Translations under genes and position numbers: made by a program
DNA from: Candidatus Hydrogenedentota bacterium
Lineage (GTDB): Bacteria; Hydrogenedentota; Hydrogenedentia; Hydrogenedentales; SLHB01
Direction of reading: 5' to 3'
DNA length: 64,000 nt
Assembly: GCA_963674865.2 (NCBI GenBank)
Contig: CAXXYE010000009.1
Span: 1,056,001-1,120,000 of the forward strand
Shown: positions 48,501-59,100 of the stretch, piece by piece
Numbering within the stretch: position 1 is the first letter of the stretch
How the letters are laid out: every line of letters starts with the position of its first letter
The notes under the pieces: model-generated
The model's database searches: none
What the model saw: the letters and a program-made list of their open reading frames with translations, nothing else
Told to the model about the DNA's origin: nothing

Positions 48501-49742
48501 ATGCCGAAGTACGCGTATAAGGCCCTGAACAAAGAGGGCAAAGAAGTGTTCGGCATCGTCGATGCGGATACTCAGGCTCTGGCCATCAACGATGTGCGCA
48601 GTCTTGGATTCTATCCGACCCAGGTTCGGGAAGCGCGCAAGCGTGACGAACGCCGCGCACGGAAGCAAGGCAAGGCCGGCGGGCTGAGTGAGTTCTACAT
48701 CGGCGGCGTCAAGCAAAAAGAGATCGTCCTTGTAACACGTCAGATGGCCACCCTTATCGACGCCGGCTTGCCGCTGCTGCGGAGTCTCAACGTTCTCATT
48801 GCCCAGCAGAAGCCCTCCAAGATGCGCGATGTCCTCCAGGAAATCGCCTATGACGTCCAGAGCGGCGCCACCTTCTCCGAGGGACTTGCCAAACATCCCA
48901 AAGTCTTCGACCGGCTCTTCGTGAACATGGTGCGCGCGGGTGAGGTAGGCGGTATGCTCGAGGTCGTGCTGAACCGATTGGCCGAGTTCATGGAGCGGCG
49001 CCAAGTCCTCAAGCGCCGTGTCCGAAGCGCCCTTGTTTATCCCGTCGCCGTTATCGTTATCGCCACGGGCATTGTCAGTTTCCTTCTCGTCCGAGTCGTA
49101 CCCGTTTTCGCGGAGATCTACGACGAGTTCGGCAAGGGGCTCCCCGCGCCGACGCAGTTCCTCGTCAATGTCGGCGATTTCATGAAATTCCGCTGGTGGC
49201 TTCTGCTGGCCATCGTTAACAGCAGCATCATCTCCATCAAGCTCCTTGGCAAGGTTCACACCGTCAGGCGCGTCATGGACCGCGTCGTCCTGAGGACGCC
49301 GCTCATCGGCGATCTGGTCGTCAAAGTCGCCGTAGCGCGCTTTGCCCGCACGCTAGGCACGCTTATCACTTCCGGTGTGCCCATCCTCCAGGCGCTCAAG
49401 ATCACCAAAGACACCATTGGCAACGAGGTGATTCAGAACGCCGTTCAGAAAGTACACGACAGCATCAAGGAAGGGGAGACCATCGCCGCCCCGCTCGACG
49501 AGGCCAAGGTCTTTCCCGCCATGGTCGTAAACATGATTGACGTCGGTGAGGAGACCGGCAGCCTGGACGCCATGCTTATGAAAGTCGCGGACATCTACGA
49601 CGCCGAAGTCGAGGCCGCCGTCGAGGCCATGCTGGCTTTGATGGAGCCCGTGATCATCGTGGTCCTCGGTGGCATTATCGGATTCATCGTCATTTCGCTG
49701 TACCTGCCCATTTTCAACCTCGCCGACGCCTTCGGCGGCTGA
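48501..49742 (+). CDS. pilC: Type IV pilus platform protein (PilC/GspF family)
   Basis: TRQMATLIDAGLPLLRSL, HPKVFDRLFVNMVRAGEVGG, GEETGSLDAMLMKVADIYD, YLPIF. Confidence 0.92.
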   Translation: MPKYAYKALNKEGKEVFGIVDADTQALAINDVRSLGFYPTQVREARKRDERRARKQGKAGGLSEFYIGGVKQKEIVLVTRQMATLIDAGLPLLRSLNVLIAQQKPSKMRDVLQEIAYDVQSGATFSEGLAKHPKVFDRLFVNMVRAGEVGGMLEVVLNRLAEFMERRQVLKRRVRSALVYPVAVIVIATGIVSFLLVRVVPVFAEIYDEFGKGLPAPTQFLVNVGDFMKFRWWLLLAIVNSSIISIKLLGKVHTVRRVMDRVVLRTPLIGDLVVKVAVARFARTLGTLITSGVPILQALKITKDTIGNEVIQNAVQKVHDSIKEGETIAAPLDEAKVFPAMVVNMIDVGEETGSLDAMLMKVADIYDAEVEAAVEAMLALMEPVIIVVLGGIIGFIVISLYLPIFNLADAFGG

Positions 49743-49769
49743 GTCGGCTTCAACGAAAGGAGACAACTA

Positions 49770-50549
49770 ATGAGCCAGCGTGGTTTTACCCTTGTCGAAC
49801 TGTTGGTGGTCATCGCCATCATCGCCATCCTGGCGGCCATTGTCGTTCCCCGCGTCACGGATTTCCTATCCAAGGGGCGCATGACCAAGGCCGTCAGCGA
49901 GATTCGCGGCGTCGACACCGCCGTCACCAAGATGCTTGCCGACGCCGGCAAGAAGTCGATCTACCACATGTTCCAAGCGGGATTAGTGGACAATTTGCTG
50001 AAGGATACGGTGGCGGCTACGCTCGAGTACCAGTCGGATGTTATGTATCGCCTCCTGCGCCGCGGCCGTGAGGCCGAAGTGGCATTGCGGCCTGATGTGC
50101 GGAAGAAGCTAGGCCACGAATACATGCCCCTCGAGAATGATCCATGGGGAAATCCCTATTACTTCTTCCTCGGCTCCTACCGCGAGTTCCGTGAACGCGC
50201 AGGCGCTTCGGTTCCCATGGTTTTCCGCTCCTACAGAGTCATCTCGACAGACTGCTGGGAGTCCGGCGACGACGAAGAGACGCCGTACGTTTACGATGAC
50301 TGCGAGAAGTCCGAGGCCGACCAGCTTATACCGGGCAATCCCGCTGCCGATAATCTTGCCGGCTATCCCGCGTCGCTGGATATCCCCGTCTACGTCTTCT
50401 CCGCCGGCGAAGATCTCGAGATTGACCAGCTCACGACCTTCGACGTCTTTGACGCAGGTTTCACGGTTGAAGACACGTGGGACACCGTGGCCGGGAAGGA
50501 CGATATCAGCAACTGGGACAAGACGAGCGGCTGGGCGAGTTACTACTAG
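49770..50549 (+). CDS. GspG-like major (pseudo)pilin with insertions
   Basis: RG/FTLVELLVVIAIIAILAAIVVP, DPWGNPY, SAGED...DDISNW. Confidence 0.85.
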   Translation: MSQRGFTLVELLVVIAIIAILAAIVVPRVTDFLSKGRMTKAVSEIRGVDTAVTKMLADAGKKSIYHMFQAGLVDNLLKDTVAATLEYQSDVMYRLLRRGREAEVALRPDVRKKLGHEYMPLENDPWGNPYYFFLGSYREFRERAGASVPMVFRSYRVISTDCWESGDDEETPYVYDDCEKSEADQLIPGNPAADNLAGYPASLDIPVYVFSAGEDLEIDQLTTFDVFDAGFTVEDTWDTVAGKDDISNWDKTSGWASYY

Positions 50550-50716
50550 GAGTGCGGCCGGAAAGCCGCCAAATGCAGGAGACTGGAAGCTTTGGATGCT
50601 GATACAGAAGGACGTACAAGTGCTTTCTGGACGCATCCCGCCGGAGGCCGCGCTTGGGGGCCGGACTTCTAGGCTGCGCCTTCCGGAGGCTGCACAGGCA
50701 AGTTGGAGGTGCTGAG

Positions 50717-51514
50717 GTGGACGTGCGTCACTATAGACGGCCGCGGGGGATGACGTTGGTGGAGCTCGTCGTCGTCCTCGCCATCATTATTGTGGTGGCG
50801 GCCGTGGCGTTCCCTACCTTCGGCCGCCTCGGAATGTTCTCAGGCGACGAGATCGGCACCAGTTCGCGCGAGCTATACACGATGCTGCGCGCCGCACGAA
50901 TGTACGCCGCCTCCAACAGAGCTAACACGGCATTGGTTTATACGCTGAAGAACGTTGGTACCGCCTCGGCGCCTGTTGTCGTCATCGACGGTATGGCGTT
51001 GGCGCGGCAACTCAACCGCGACGACTTCAAAGTACTTCAGGGCGTGTTCACCACACTCACCGAAGATGATCGCGAGGATTCCTTTGCCGTTGTCAAAGAG
51101 CAGCTTGGCGAGTTTCAAACCATGTCCGGCGATACCTGCCTTGTCGAGGACAATTTCGTTACATTAGCGGATGAGGACGAGGATGACGTGGATGAGAGGC
51201 TGAAACGGGCCGGGATTCAACGCATCTCGCTCTACGACTACGGCGACGATGGAGTCCCTTACGAGGTCGAGCCAAGACGCGTCCCGCCGTCCTCGCTATT
51301 GCCCGATGAACTTAACGACAAGTTTCCTGCTCATGTCTTTCTTCCCTCCGGGATCGTGAAGACATACGCGCAGACAAAGCCTCGCGTCCAGCTTTCCGTA
51401 GGATATCTCCCCGAAGTAAGGCCCAATACCGGCGATGCCGCCGACGAACCTTCCGCCACCGCGGCGATTGTCGAGCTTTACACCGCCACCGGTCGGACGA
51501 AGATAGTCTCATGA
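50717..51514 (+). CDS. GspH/FimT-like minor pilin
   Basis: GGAGG upstream. RG/MTLVELVVVLAII...FP, LRAARMYA, FLPSG, C-terminal TGRTKI. Confidence 0.8.
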   Translation: MDVRHYRRPRGMTLVELVVVLAIIIVVAAVAFPTFGRLGMFSGDEIGTSSRELYTMLRAARMYAASNRANTALVYTLKNVGTASAPVVVIDGMALARQLNRDDFKVLQGVFTTLTEDDREDSFAVVKEQLGEFQTMSGDTCLVEDNFVTLADEDEDDVDERLKRAGIQRISLYDYGDDGVPYEVEPRRVPPSSLLPDELNDKFPAHVFLPSGIVKTYAQTKPRVQLSVGYLPEVRPNTGDAADEPSATAAIVELYTATGRTKIVS

Positions 51515-51942
51515 GGACCGACGCTTTGAAGAAGGACAAGGGTTTCACGCTTCTCGAGGTCGTCATCGCGCTCACCATCCTGACGATCGGCGTCCTCGGC
51601 ATCTTTCAGTTATTCCCCTCCGCACTGCGGAACGTCCGGCTCGCCGCCGCGCGCCGAGAAGTGGCGTCCCTTGCCTCGGGGGTGCTTGGCCAGGCGCGCA
51701 TGGTGGGCGCCGAGACGTGGTACAAGAACCGCATCATGGAGTACGTGGTGGAGGGAACCGACCCGTGGTCGCGTTCCGGACTCGACAGCTATGCCGCCAC
51801 GGCGAGCATGTACGACGCGTACGCCACCACGCTGGAGCGCATGAGCGGCGCAGGGCGCGTTTACCTTCAGCGCATCACTTTCACGGCCGATATGTTTGAC
51901 GGCCGGAAGGAGCGATTTGTCACCTACGTGGCCGGACAATAG
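51511..51942 (+). CDS. GspI/PilV-like minor pilin
   Basis: KG/FTLLEVVIALTILTIGVLGIFQLFP, 143 aa, ATGA overlap with the previous gene. Confidence 0.82.
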   Translation: MRTDALKKDKGFTLLEVVIALTILTIGVLGIFQLFPSALRNVRLAAARREVASLASGVLGQARMVGAETWYKNRIMEYVVEGTDPWSRSGLDSYAATASMYDAYATTLERMSGAGRVYLQRITFTADMFDGRKERFVTYVAGQ

Positions 51943-51952
51943 GTTAGGAGCC

Positions 51953-53056
51953 ATGGACACACGCGCGAGACAGCGGGGATTCACCCTCCCCGAAATGCTT
52001 GTTGCCATCACGATCTTCCTCGTTGTGATGGCAGGCATCTCCGCTGTGTTTGTAAGCAGCCTCCGCGCGGTTCGCCAAGGCTACCAGGCTATCGATGCTT
52101 ACGAGCTGGGCCGGAGTTCCCTTGCCGTCGTCAAGCGCGATCTGACCTCCTGTTTCACTTCCCGCGAGCACGGCGACTACTACAGCTTCTGCGGCACCCC
52201 CATCGGCATGACCTTCGTCGGCCTCGTGCGCAGCTCCGCCGATAGCGCGACGGCCAATATCGCGCGCGTCACCTACGCCATCTATGCCCTGCCGAGCGGC
52301 CAGTTCACGAGCCTCGGAGACGTTACCGGGGATGAAACGGGCCAGCATTTCACCGATGCGGGCGGGGAAGAGGTCAATACCTACTCCCTCATCCGTTATG
52401 TCGAGCCCGAGGTGGACAACCTGGATTCGTTCCCGGTGGACTGGCGCCTCCTGGCGCAGGCGTCTGCTAGTGGCTACGAGTCGTCCGGCGCATCCGTTCT
52501 GAGCGCCGAACTCGACGAGGCCAGCGGCCAAGGCACGGGCGGCTTTCTGGATTACCTCGACGGCAACGTGCAACTCAGCGCCGTCCGCAAGCAACTGGTG
52601 GCCGCCAAGCAACGCGAACTCTGGATACGGATGTTGGCCGGCGAGCCCGAACTGTTAGGTGACGTCGGCGTCGACACGATTTGGCAGCTTCTTGGAGAGG
52701 ACCCGCTCGACTACGTGGTCGCCGAGAACATCGTGAGCGAGGTGGAGCCGCTTCTCGAGTACAAGGACTACGCCTCTTTCCAGCCGTTTTTCCAATTCGG
52801 GCGTGTCATAAACAACCATGGCGACATCGAGTGGCTCCACTTCTGGAACTCGCTCGAAAACGCCCCCGGCCTAAGTCTTCCCGCGGCCTATGCCAATCCG
52901 GACGCCGCCGGCTCGCCCATGTTTCCGAGGCTGCCCGAGGTCGTCCTCGCCGATATACGGCTCATGTACGAGAGTCCATACCCCGGCGCGCCGGACTTCG
53001 ACCGGCGTTTTCGCGAACAGATTGACGTTCCCTCGGCTTATACCCGCGGCCGTTAG
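51953..53056 (+). CDS. GspJ/PilW-like minor pilin
   Basis: AGGAG then ATG 51953. RG/FTLPEMLVAITIF, VKRDL, C-terminal LPEVV...F...IDVP. Confidence 0.82.
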   Translation: MDTRARQRGFTLPEMLVAITIFLVVMAGISAVFVSSLRAVRQGYQAIDAYELGRSSLAVVKRDLTSCFTSREHGDYYSFCGTPIGMTFVGLVRSSADSATANIARVTYAIYALPSGQFTSLGDVTGDETGQHFTDAGGEEVNTYSLIRYVEPEVDNLDSFPVDWRLLAQASASGYESSGASVLSAELDEASGQGTGGFLDYLDGNVQLSAVRKQLVAAKQRELWIRMLAGEPELLGDVGVDTIWQLLGEDPLDYVVAENIVSEVEPLLEYKDYASFQPFFQFGRVINNHGDIEWLHFWNSLENAPGLSLPAAYANPDAAGSPMFPRLPEVVLADIRLMYESPYPGAPDFDRRFREQIDVPSAYTRGR

Positions 53057-53121
53057 TGAGCGGCGAACGGCGCCGACTTGGCGGCTGTCAAGGCGGATAA
53101 ACACATTTGGGGTGGGAGAGC

Positions 53122-56100
53122 ATGACAGGTAGAACCGGCAACACCGGCGCGGCCCTCGTTATCGTCGTCGCCATTCTGGCGATACTTTTCGCCATCGGCC
53201 TGGCCTTTTTCGCCATCAGCGGCATGCAGGTCAAGATGGCCACCAACGCCGCCAATGCCACGCGCGCCGAACTCCTTGCCGATGGCGCACGCGCCATCGC
53301 CATCGCCTTCCTCAATCAGGATCTCGCCGCCCACACCACCTACACCTCCCTCGATCACGCATGGCGCACCTACTTCAACGGCGCCTGGGCCTATGACAAG
53401 CCGTGGATGCATGCCTCGCTTGACAGCACAAGGCTGCGCCTCGAGGCCGGCGGCATTCCCGAGGTCAATTTCACGAACATTTTCGATCCTCCCGGCGCCA
53501 CGCCGCGTGAGCGCACGCTGCTGCGCAATTTCGAAGACCTGCTCTATGTCCCGCGAGGCCAGGACACCGGCTTGCTCGGTTTTGATCCTTATGACGAGTC
53601 GCCCGCAGACTTCTACGACGCCCTGGCCGTCTTCACCCAGTTCAGCGGCTTCGTCATCGATCCCGTGCGCTATGCGAATCTGCACTCCGGCGCCCCGCCC
53701 CTGATTCCTGCCGAACGCGTCGATCAATGGGCCGACGTGGATAGCGACGACGACGGCTACAAAGACGCCGTCTGGTTTCCCATGCAGGCGGACGTTTACT
53801 TCGATGACGACGGCATAGACAACGACCTCGACGGCGTGATCGACGAGCCGGGCGAAACGGCCGTCTTCGTGTATTGGGGCGGCAATGACGACATTGACAA
53901 TGACGGCGACGGCCTTGTCGATGAGGACGATGAGGAGAAGCTCTTTCTCACTTCTCCCTTGGTGGACGTTTACGGCGACCCCATCCCCTCGTTCAACGTG
54001 AAGATCAATACTTTCGATTTCCAGGCGTTTACCGGTATCTCCTTGGTGGGTGGCCTAAAAACAATTGACCAGTCGAGCGATCCGGAAGTTGTCGACCGCA
54101 TCGACAACGACTGGGACCTCTTCATCAACGAGCACGAAGAGCGCTTCTACACCGAGGACGACCCCGTTCCGGTAGGCGAAGCGGACAGACTCAAAGATGC
54201 GAATCTAGGCCTCTACCTTATCGCTCCCGAGTATTACTCGGGCCTGGGCGACGTGACGTTCTACGCCAGCGGCGAGCCCGTCTGCGAACTGGTGGGCCGG
54301 GCCGCGGTGCTCATCGTTGATGAGGCCGGCAAGGTGAACCTCAACGCGGCCGGCGGCCATACGCTTGATGAAACCACCGGCGACGTACTCACGGGGGCCA
54401 TCGCCCGTACCGGCGCCACCGCCTATCCCGAAGACCCATGGACCTACCTGGCCCTCGGCAGTCTGGCCGCTGCGGCCGCCGGATATGCCGCCTACGATGT
54501 CGCCTACGCCGGCACGTACGCCACCTCGGGCCCGCCTGTAGGCACTGCCCTCGGAGACTATGAGACGCGATTCTTGCCGGATATAGGCCACGTGCGGGCG
54601 GCACGCGCCTGGCAACTGCGCATGGGCGCCCCGGATGGGAAATCCTATCAGTTCAATGCTGCTGCAACGGTTCCGTATGACGCTAACGAATTCGAGGGCG
54701 ACGTGCGCTTTCCCGGATACGCAGGCGTGGATGACAACGGCAACGCCCTCTGGCTCGCCTTTAACGGCGTCGATGACGACGGCGACGCCTACTACTACGA
54801 ACACGACGGTATCGACAACGACCTCAACGGTGAAACCGACGAGCCTGGCGAAGGCGCCCTGGTGGGCGTGGATGAAGGCTTCGTGCCCTATGACTACGAC
54901 GGCGACGGCGACGTCGAATATGCCATGCTTGAAGGTATTGATGAGCCCGCCGAATTCCAGCGCTATAGGCCCTACCGGGACATCGTCGCGGAAACCGACC
55001 TCGTGGACAATGACGGCGATACGCCCGAAACCATCGACGAAATCGGCGAACTGGGAGATCGCGTCCTCAAGACTCGCCAGCAGGTCAAGCTCGTTAATGA
55101 GATCGCTGGGGAAAGGTATAACGACCTCAAGAATGTCATTACGGTCCATTCCTCAGACAAGAACGTAAGGCGGCGTCTTTCGGATCAGGCCGTTACCGGC
55201 CTCAAGCTGGACTATAACTACGCCTCGGCCGAGGATATCGATCGCATGCTGGTGGAAGATTGGGGATACAACTTCAATCCGCTGGCCACGACCGACCTCC
55301 TCGGGCGCTCCGTGGCCAACGGGCCGTCCGTAGGCGTCAAGAACTACTTCGCAGGCCTACGTCTTGGGGCGGCCGACCGCCTGATCCCCGCGTACAGCAA
55401 CGGCATTATGAACGGCGTCTACGAGAGTCAGAACCATGACGTCCGCATCGCTGCCGATCCACGCCTTCAAGCCGCGCAACTCGCGGCCAACACGCGCGAC
55501 GCCGCCGATCGGGACTATGCCCGAAGCGAAGTTACCGCCCGCGTCGAGCCGGATCCCTGGTGGAAACAGTATCAGGAGAACTTCAGCGCCGATACCGATG
55601 AGCGTGCCATTACCTACACGGCCGCCGGACTCGAGGCCATCCGCATCAACGAGGTTATGGTGCGCCCCGTCCGCCGCGTCGAGGCTGAGGCCACAACGGA
55701 GAGCGATGGGCTGGGATACGACGAGGACCTTGATCCGACTCCGCCAGGCACGAACGCGGAAGTCGACCTCAAGGAGTTCTTCGTTTCCCGCGGCACGCTG
55801 CAAGATGGCGACGAGGTCGAGCAAGAGGCGTATGCGCTCGGAACCACGGGCTGGGCGGCGTACGGCAGTGTCATCGGCGATGAGGCCGGCTGGGCAACCA
55901 GCGTTGCCTATCTGGACGGTGACGACGGCACAGGCGGCGTTCCTGCCGATGTTATCCAGTTTCGGTTCAAGGCCTCCTCAGGCCTCAAGGCTGGCCGGTA
56001 TTACCTGCTGATGAACACGGCAGGGCCGGATGGCGAGCCGACGGTGACGGCTTCCGGCCAGTTCCAGTATGCCATCAAGTACTACGATCCCACCGGGGCC

Positions 56101-59100
56101 TCTGCTACAGCCGATGATGACACCATTCTTGACGATATTGCGGCCGGCGATCCTGTCGTGTGGAACGATATTAGAGATGACTTCTTGCCCATGGACAGTG
56201 TCGAGTACCGCTTTGCGAAGGACGGCGATGACAACGCGACGGGCTGTGTATTCTTGCCCTCGCCGGGATACCGCAATCCGGATCACATCAACGCGTTGCC
56301 CGGCTATGAGTTGGACGAGGGCCACACCGTTCTTGTTCCCGGCGATCCCCTGGAACTGGTGATCGCTATCCGCAAGGCCACGGCGGATGGCGACCCCCTT
56401 GCCATCAACTTCTTTGATTTTAGCCAGGAGCCTGACCACGAGTGGCTCGAGTTGGTGAATACCTCGAATGAGTCTGTCCCGCTGGACAACTGGGAACTCG
56501 TTGTAGGCTATAGCCCCGACGACCCGAACGCTGCGATTATGCGTGTCCCCGAGGATACGACCATTGCCCCCTTCGGCATGCTCCTCCTCGGACTCAACAA
56601 GTACGATGATTTCCGGAACAACGAACTCTACTATCCCAACAACACGCCCTTCCCGGTACACGAGTCCGATAGCCTCATCTACAACAACGGCATCGGCCTC
56701 GCCCGCGGCAAAGTGCCCCTTAAGGCGCAAGGAAGCGCCTCATTGCCCTACCGGACCGACTGGTACAGCGAGGTTTCGCAGCCGCGCATCGGTGTTACGC
56801 CCAATGTCTTCCGGCCCGGCGTGCGGTGGCCCGACTTCGAGGATGACGGCGTCATCTCCTCCTACGACCAGTTCTTTGCTTCTTTGACGGAGTCCGAGCA
56901 GCAAACCAAGGCGTGGGATCGGATCGTCGAGCTGGAAGTGGATGCCCCCGACGACTTTGCCGATATCACCAGTCTCGATGATCTGGCGGAAGTGCTCTTC
57001 AGAGGCGGCGTTTTTCCGAACTATCCCGAGCATGACGAGTACGACAACGACGGCGACCGATACATTCTCGAACGCGACAGCGTCGATAATAATCTCGACG
57101 ATGGCGACGAGGTTGACGAAGAGGGCGAAGGCATAGACGAGGGCCGCCACGCCGAAAGCGATCATGTGCCCGGTTCTTTCGGCGACGACGAGCTTGCCTA
57201 CCGCGCTGATTTTGACCTCGACGGCACGACGGACACCTTTTCACCCGGCTACCTGGACTTGAGCAATGACCCGCCCGAGTGGAAGGAGTTTGTCGAGCGC
57301 CGGTGGTATCCAGGCGATTGTGTCATCGTTACGCTGTACCAGGGGCCGGCCGTCCAGGGGCGCATCGTGGACCGCATCACCTACACCGAACACGATGTGG
57401 TCAATCGCACCATTGATGATGACGCCAAGTGTGTTTATCCGGATGCGGCCAAGCTGAATACTACCTACGTGACGTTCTGGCCGGAGAACTCGATGGCCCT
57501 CGACTTCTACAAGGCCCTCGAGCGCAAACATCCCTTCTATCCCGGCGACCGCTTTGGCTTTGAAAACCGTTGGCAGGCTACCGACGGCAATTATGATGAC
57601 TGGGCGCGCACCGAGCGCGTCGGCCCGGACGGCGACGTTATCGATGAGCCTACGCCGCTGGAAGAGAACATCTTCGCCCGGACGCTCGAGAGCGAATTCA
57701 GCGACGCCAATCCCGAATTGGCCTGGCTCGTAAACACCGGGCGGGCCAAGATCCGCAACCGGCCCTACACCAGCCCGGGCGATCTCCTCCGTATGCCGCA
57801 CCTTATCCTCAAGAAGCGGTATAGATGGAGCAGCGGCTTTGACGGAGTCTTTATCCTAGGTTCCGACCTCGTAGATGAGGATCTCAAGAAATACATGCTC
57901 GGCTGGGCTCAAGGGCGCGCCCTGCGGGCGCTTATCACCGGTATGGCCGTCGAGCCCGTCATGCTGACCTGTGCCCAGGCGGATGTGACGCCCACGCCGC
58001 CTTACATTGAGACGGTGTGGGACCGCGACAACAACCGCCTCCCCATTGCCTGGTCGCCCATCCTGCTCTATGAGTTGGACGGCGACAGGACCGTCTCCGA
58101 GGCGGACTTCCCCTATCAGCTCCGGTACTTGCTCGAAACGCCCGATGACCTCCCCGCTACCCTGGCCGGAGCGACGGGCGTTAACCCACGCTGGCCCCTC
58201 GAGCGCCGCGCCGTCATGTATGTATCCCGCAACTCCACCACGACCGGCGCCACGGGCCTGGACGTGATCAGCGAAAGCGAGAGTGTCTTCACGTGGGATG
58301 GTGAAGATGGACTCGAAGACGGCGAGTACGATGTCTATGTCGTCATGACGCCTCCGCTGGACTCATTCCGCGGCCGCGTTATCCTCCATCCGGACGGGGA
58401 AGAGCTGTTCGACACGCTTCCCAGCGCCCTTCAGGAAGACACTCAAGGCCTGGTCGTGGATATTGAGTGCTATAGCAACCGCGATGGCGATGGGCGGCGG
58501 AGCGCCGCCGACGCCGCAGACTCCTTTGGGAGCCTCCAGGCTGTTTCCCCGGATGCCGATGGCGTTATCCACTACGGCATAGTCCGCGTCCAGGACAACT
58601 ATTTGGCCCTCCGGCTGACCAACCGCGCCGCCGAGGGCCTGCTCAACCGCTTCTCCTACGTCATACTCGCCCCGCAGGGACGCACGCCCGGCCGGATCAA
58701 TATCAATACAACCGAGACACGCGTCGTCAACGTTGGTGGTATAGACTCTTGCTTCAACACGCTTTACGGCATGCCCGGCATGCTCGAACCGGCCGATATC
58801 GAGGCGATGATTGACGATACAGGTAATCCTTTCGAAACGCTCGACATGGCCCTGCCGGATGCATCGTTTCTCACCGACGATATGGGCAAATACGACGTCT
58901 ATCCCGAACTCGGCTTCTTCTTCCGCGCTTACGACCTCGAAACCCGCCGGCCCGGGCCGGAGATTAACTCAACGACAGGCGTTGAAGAGCACCTCGACGG
59001 CCGCTACTACACCGGCCTGGGTGATCTCGTCGTTGATCCAAGGCTCTTCGAGGCCGTCCTGGAGTATCAGTATCCCATCGGCCGTGCCTCCGTCGCCGAC

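Noticed and set aside
53800..57150. Recurring GACAACGAC-like DNA motifs as a CRISPR-like or non-coding array
   Set aside because: They are irregularly spaced, in frame and synonymously diverged, so they are protein repeats.
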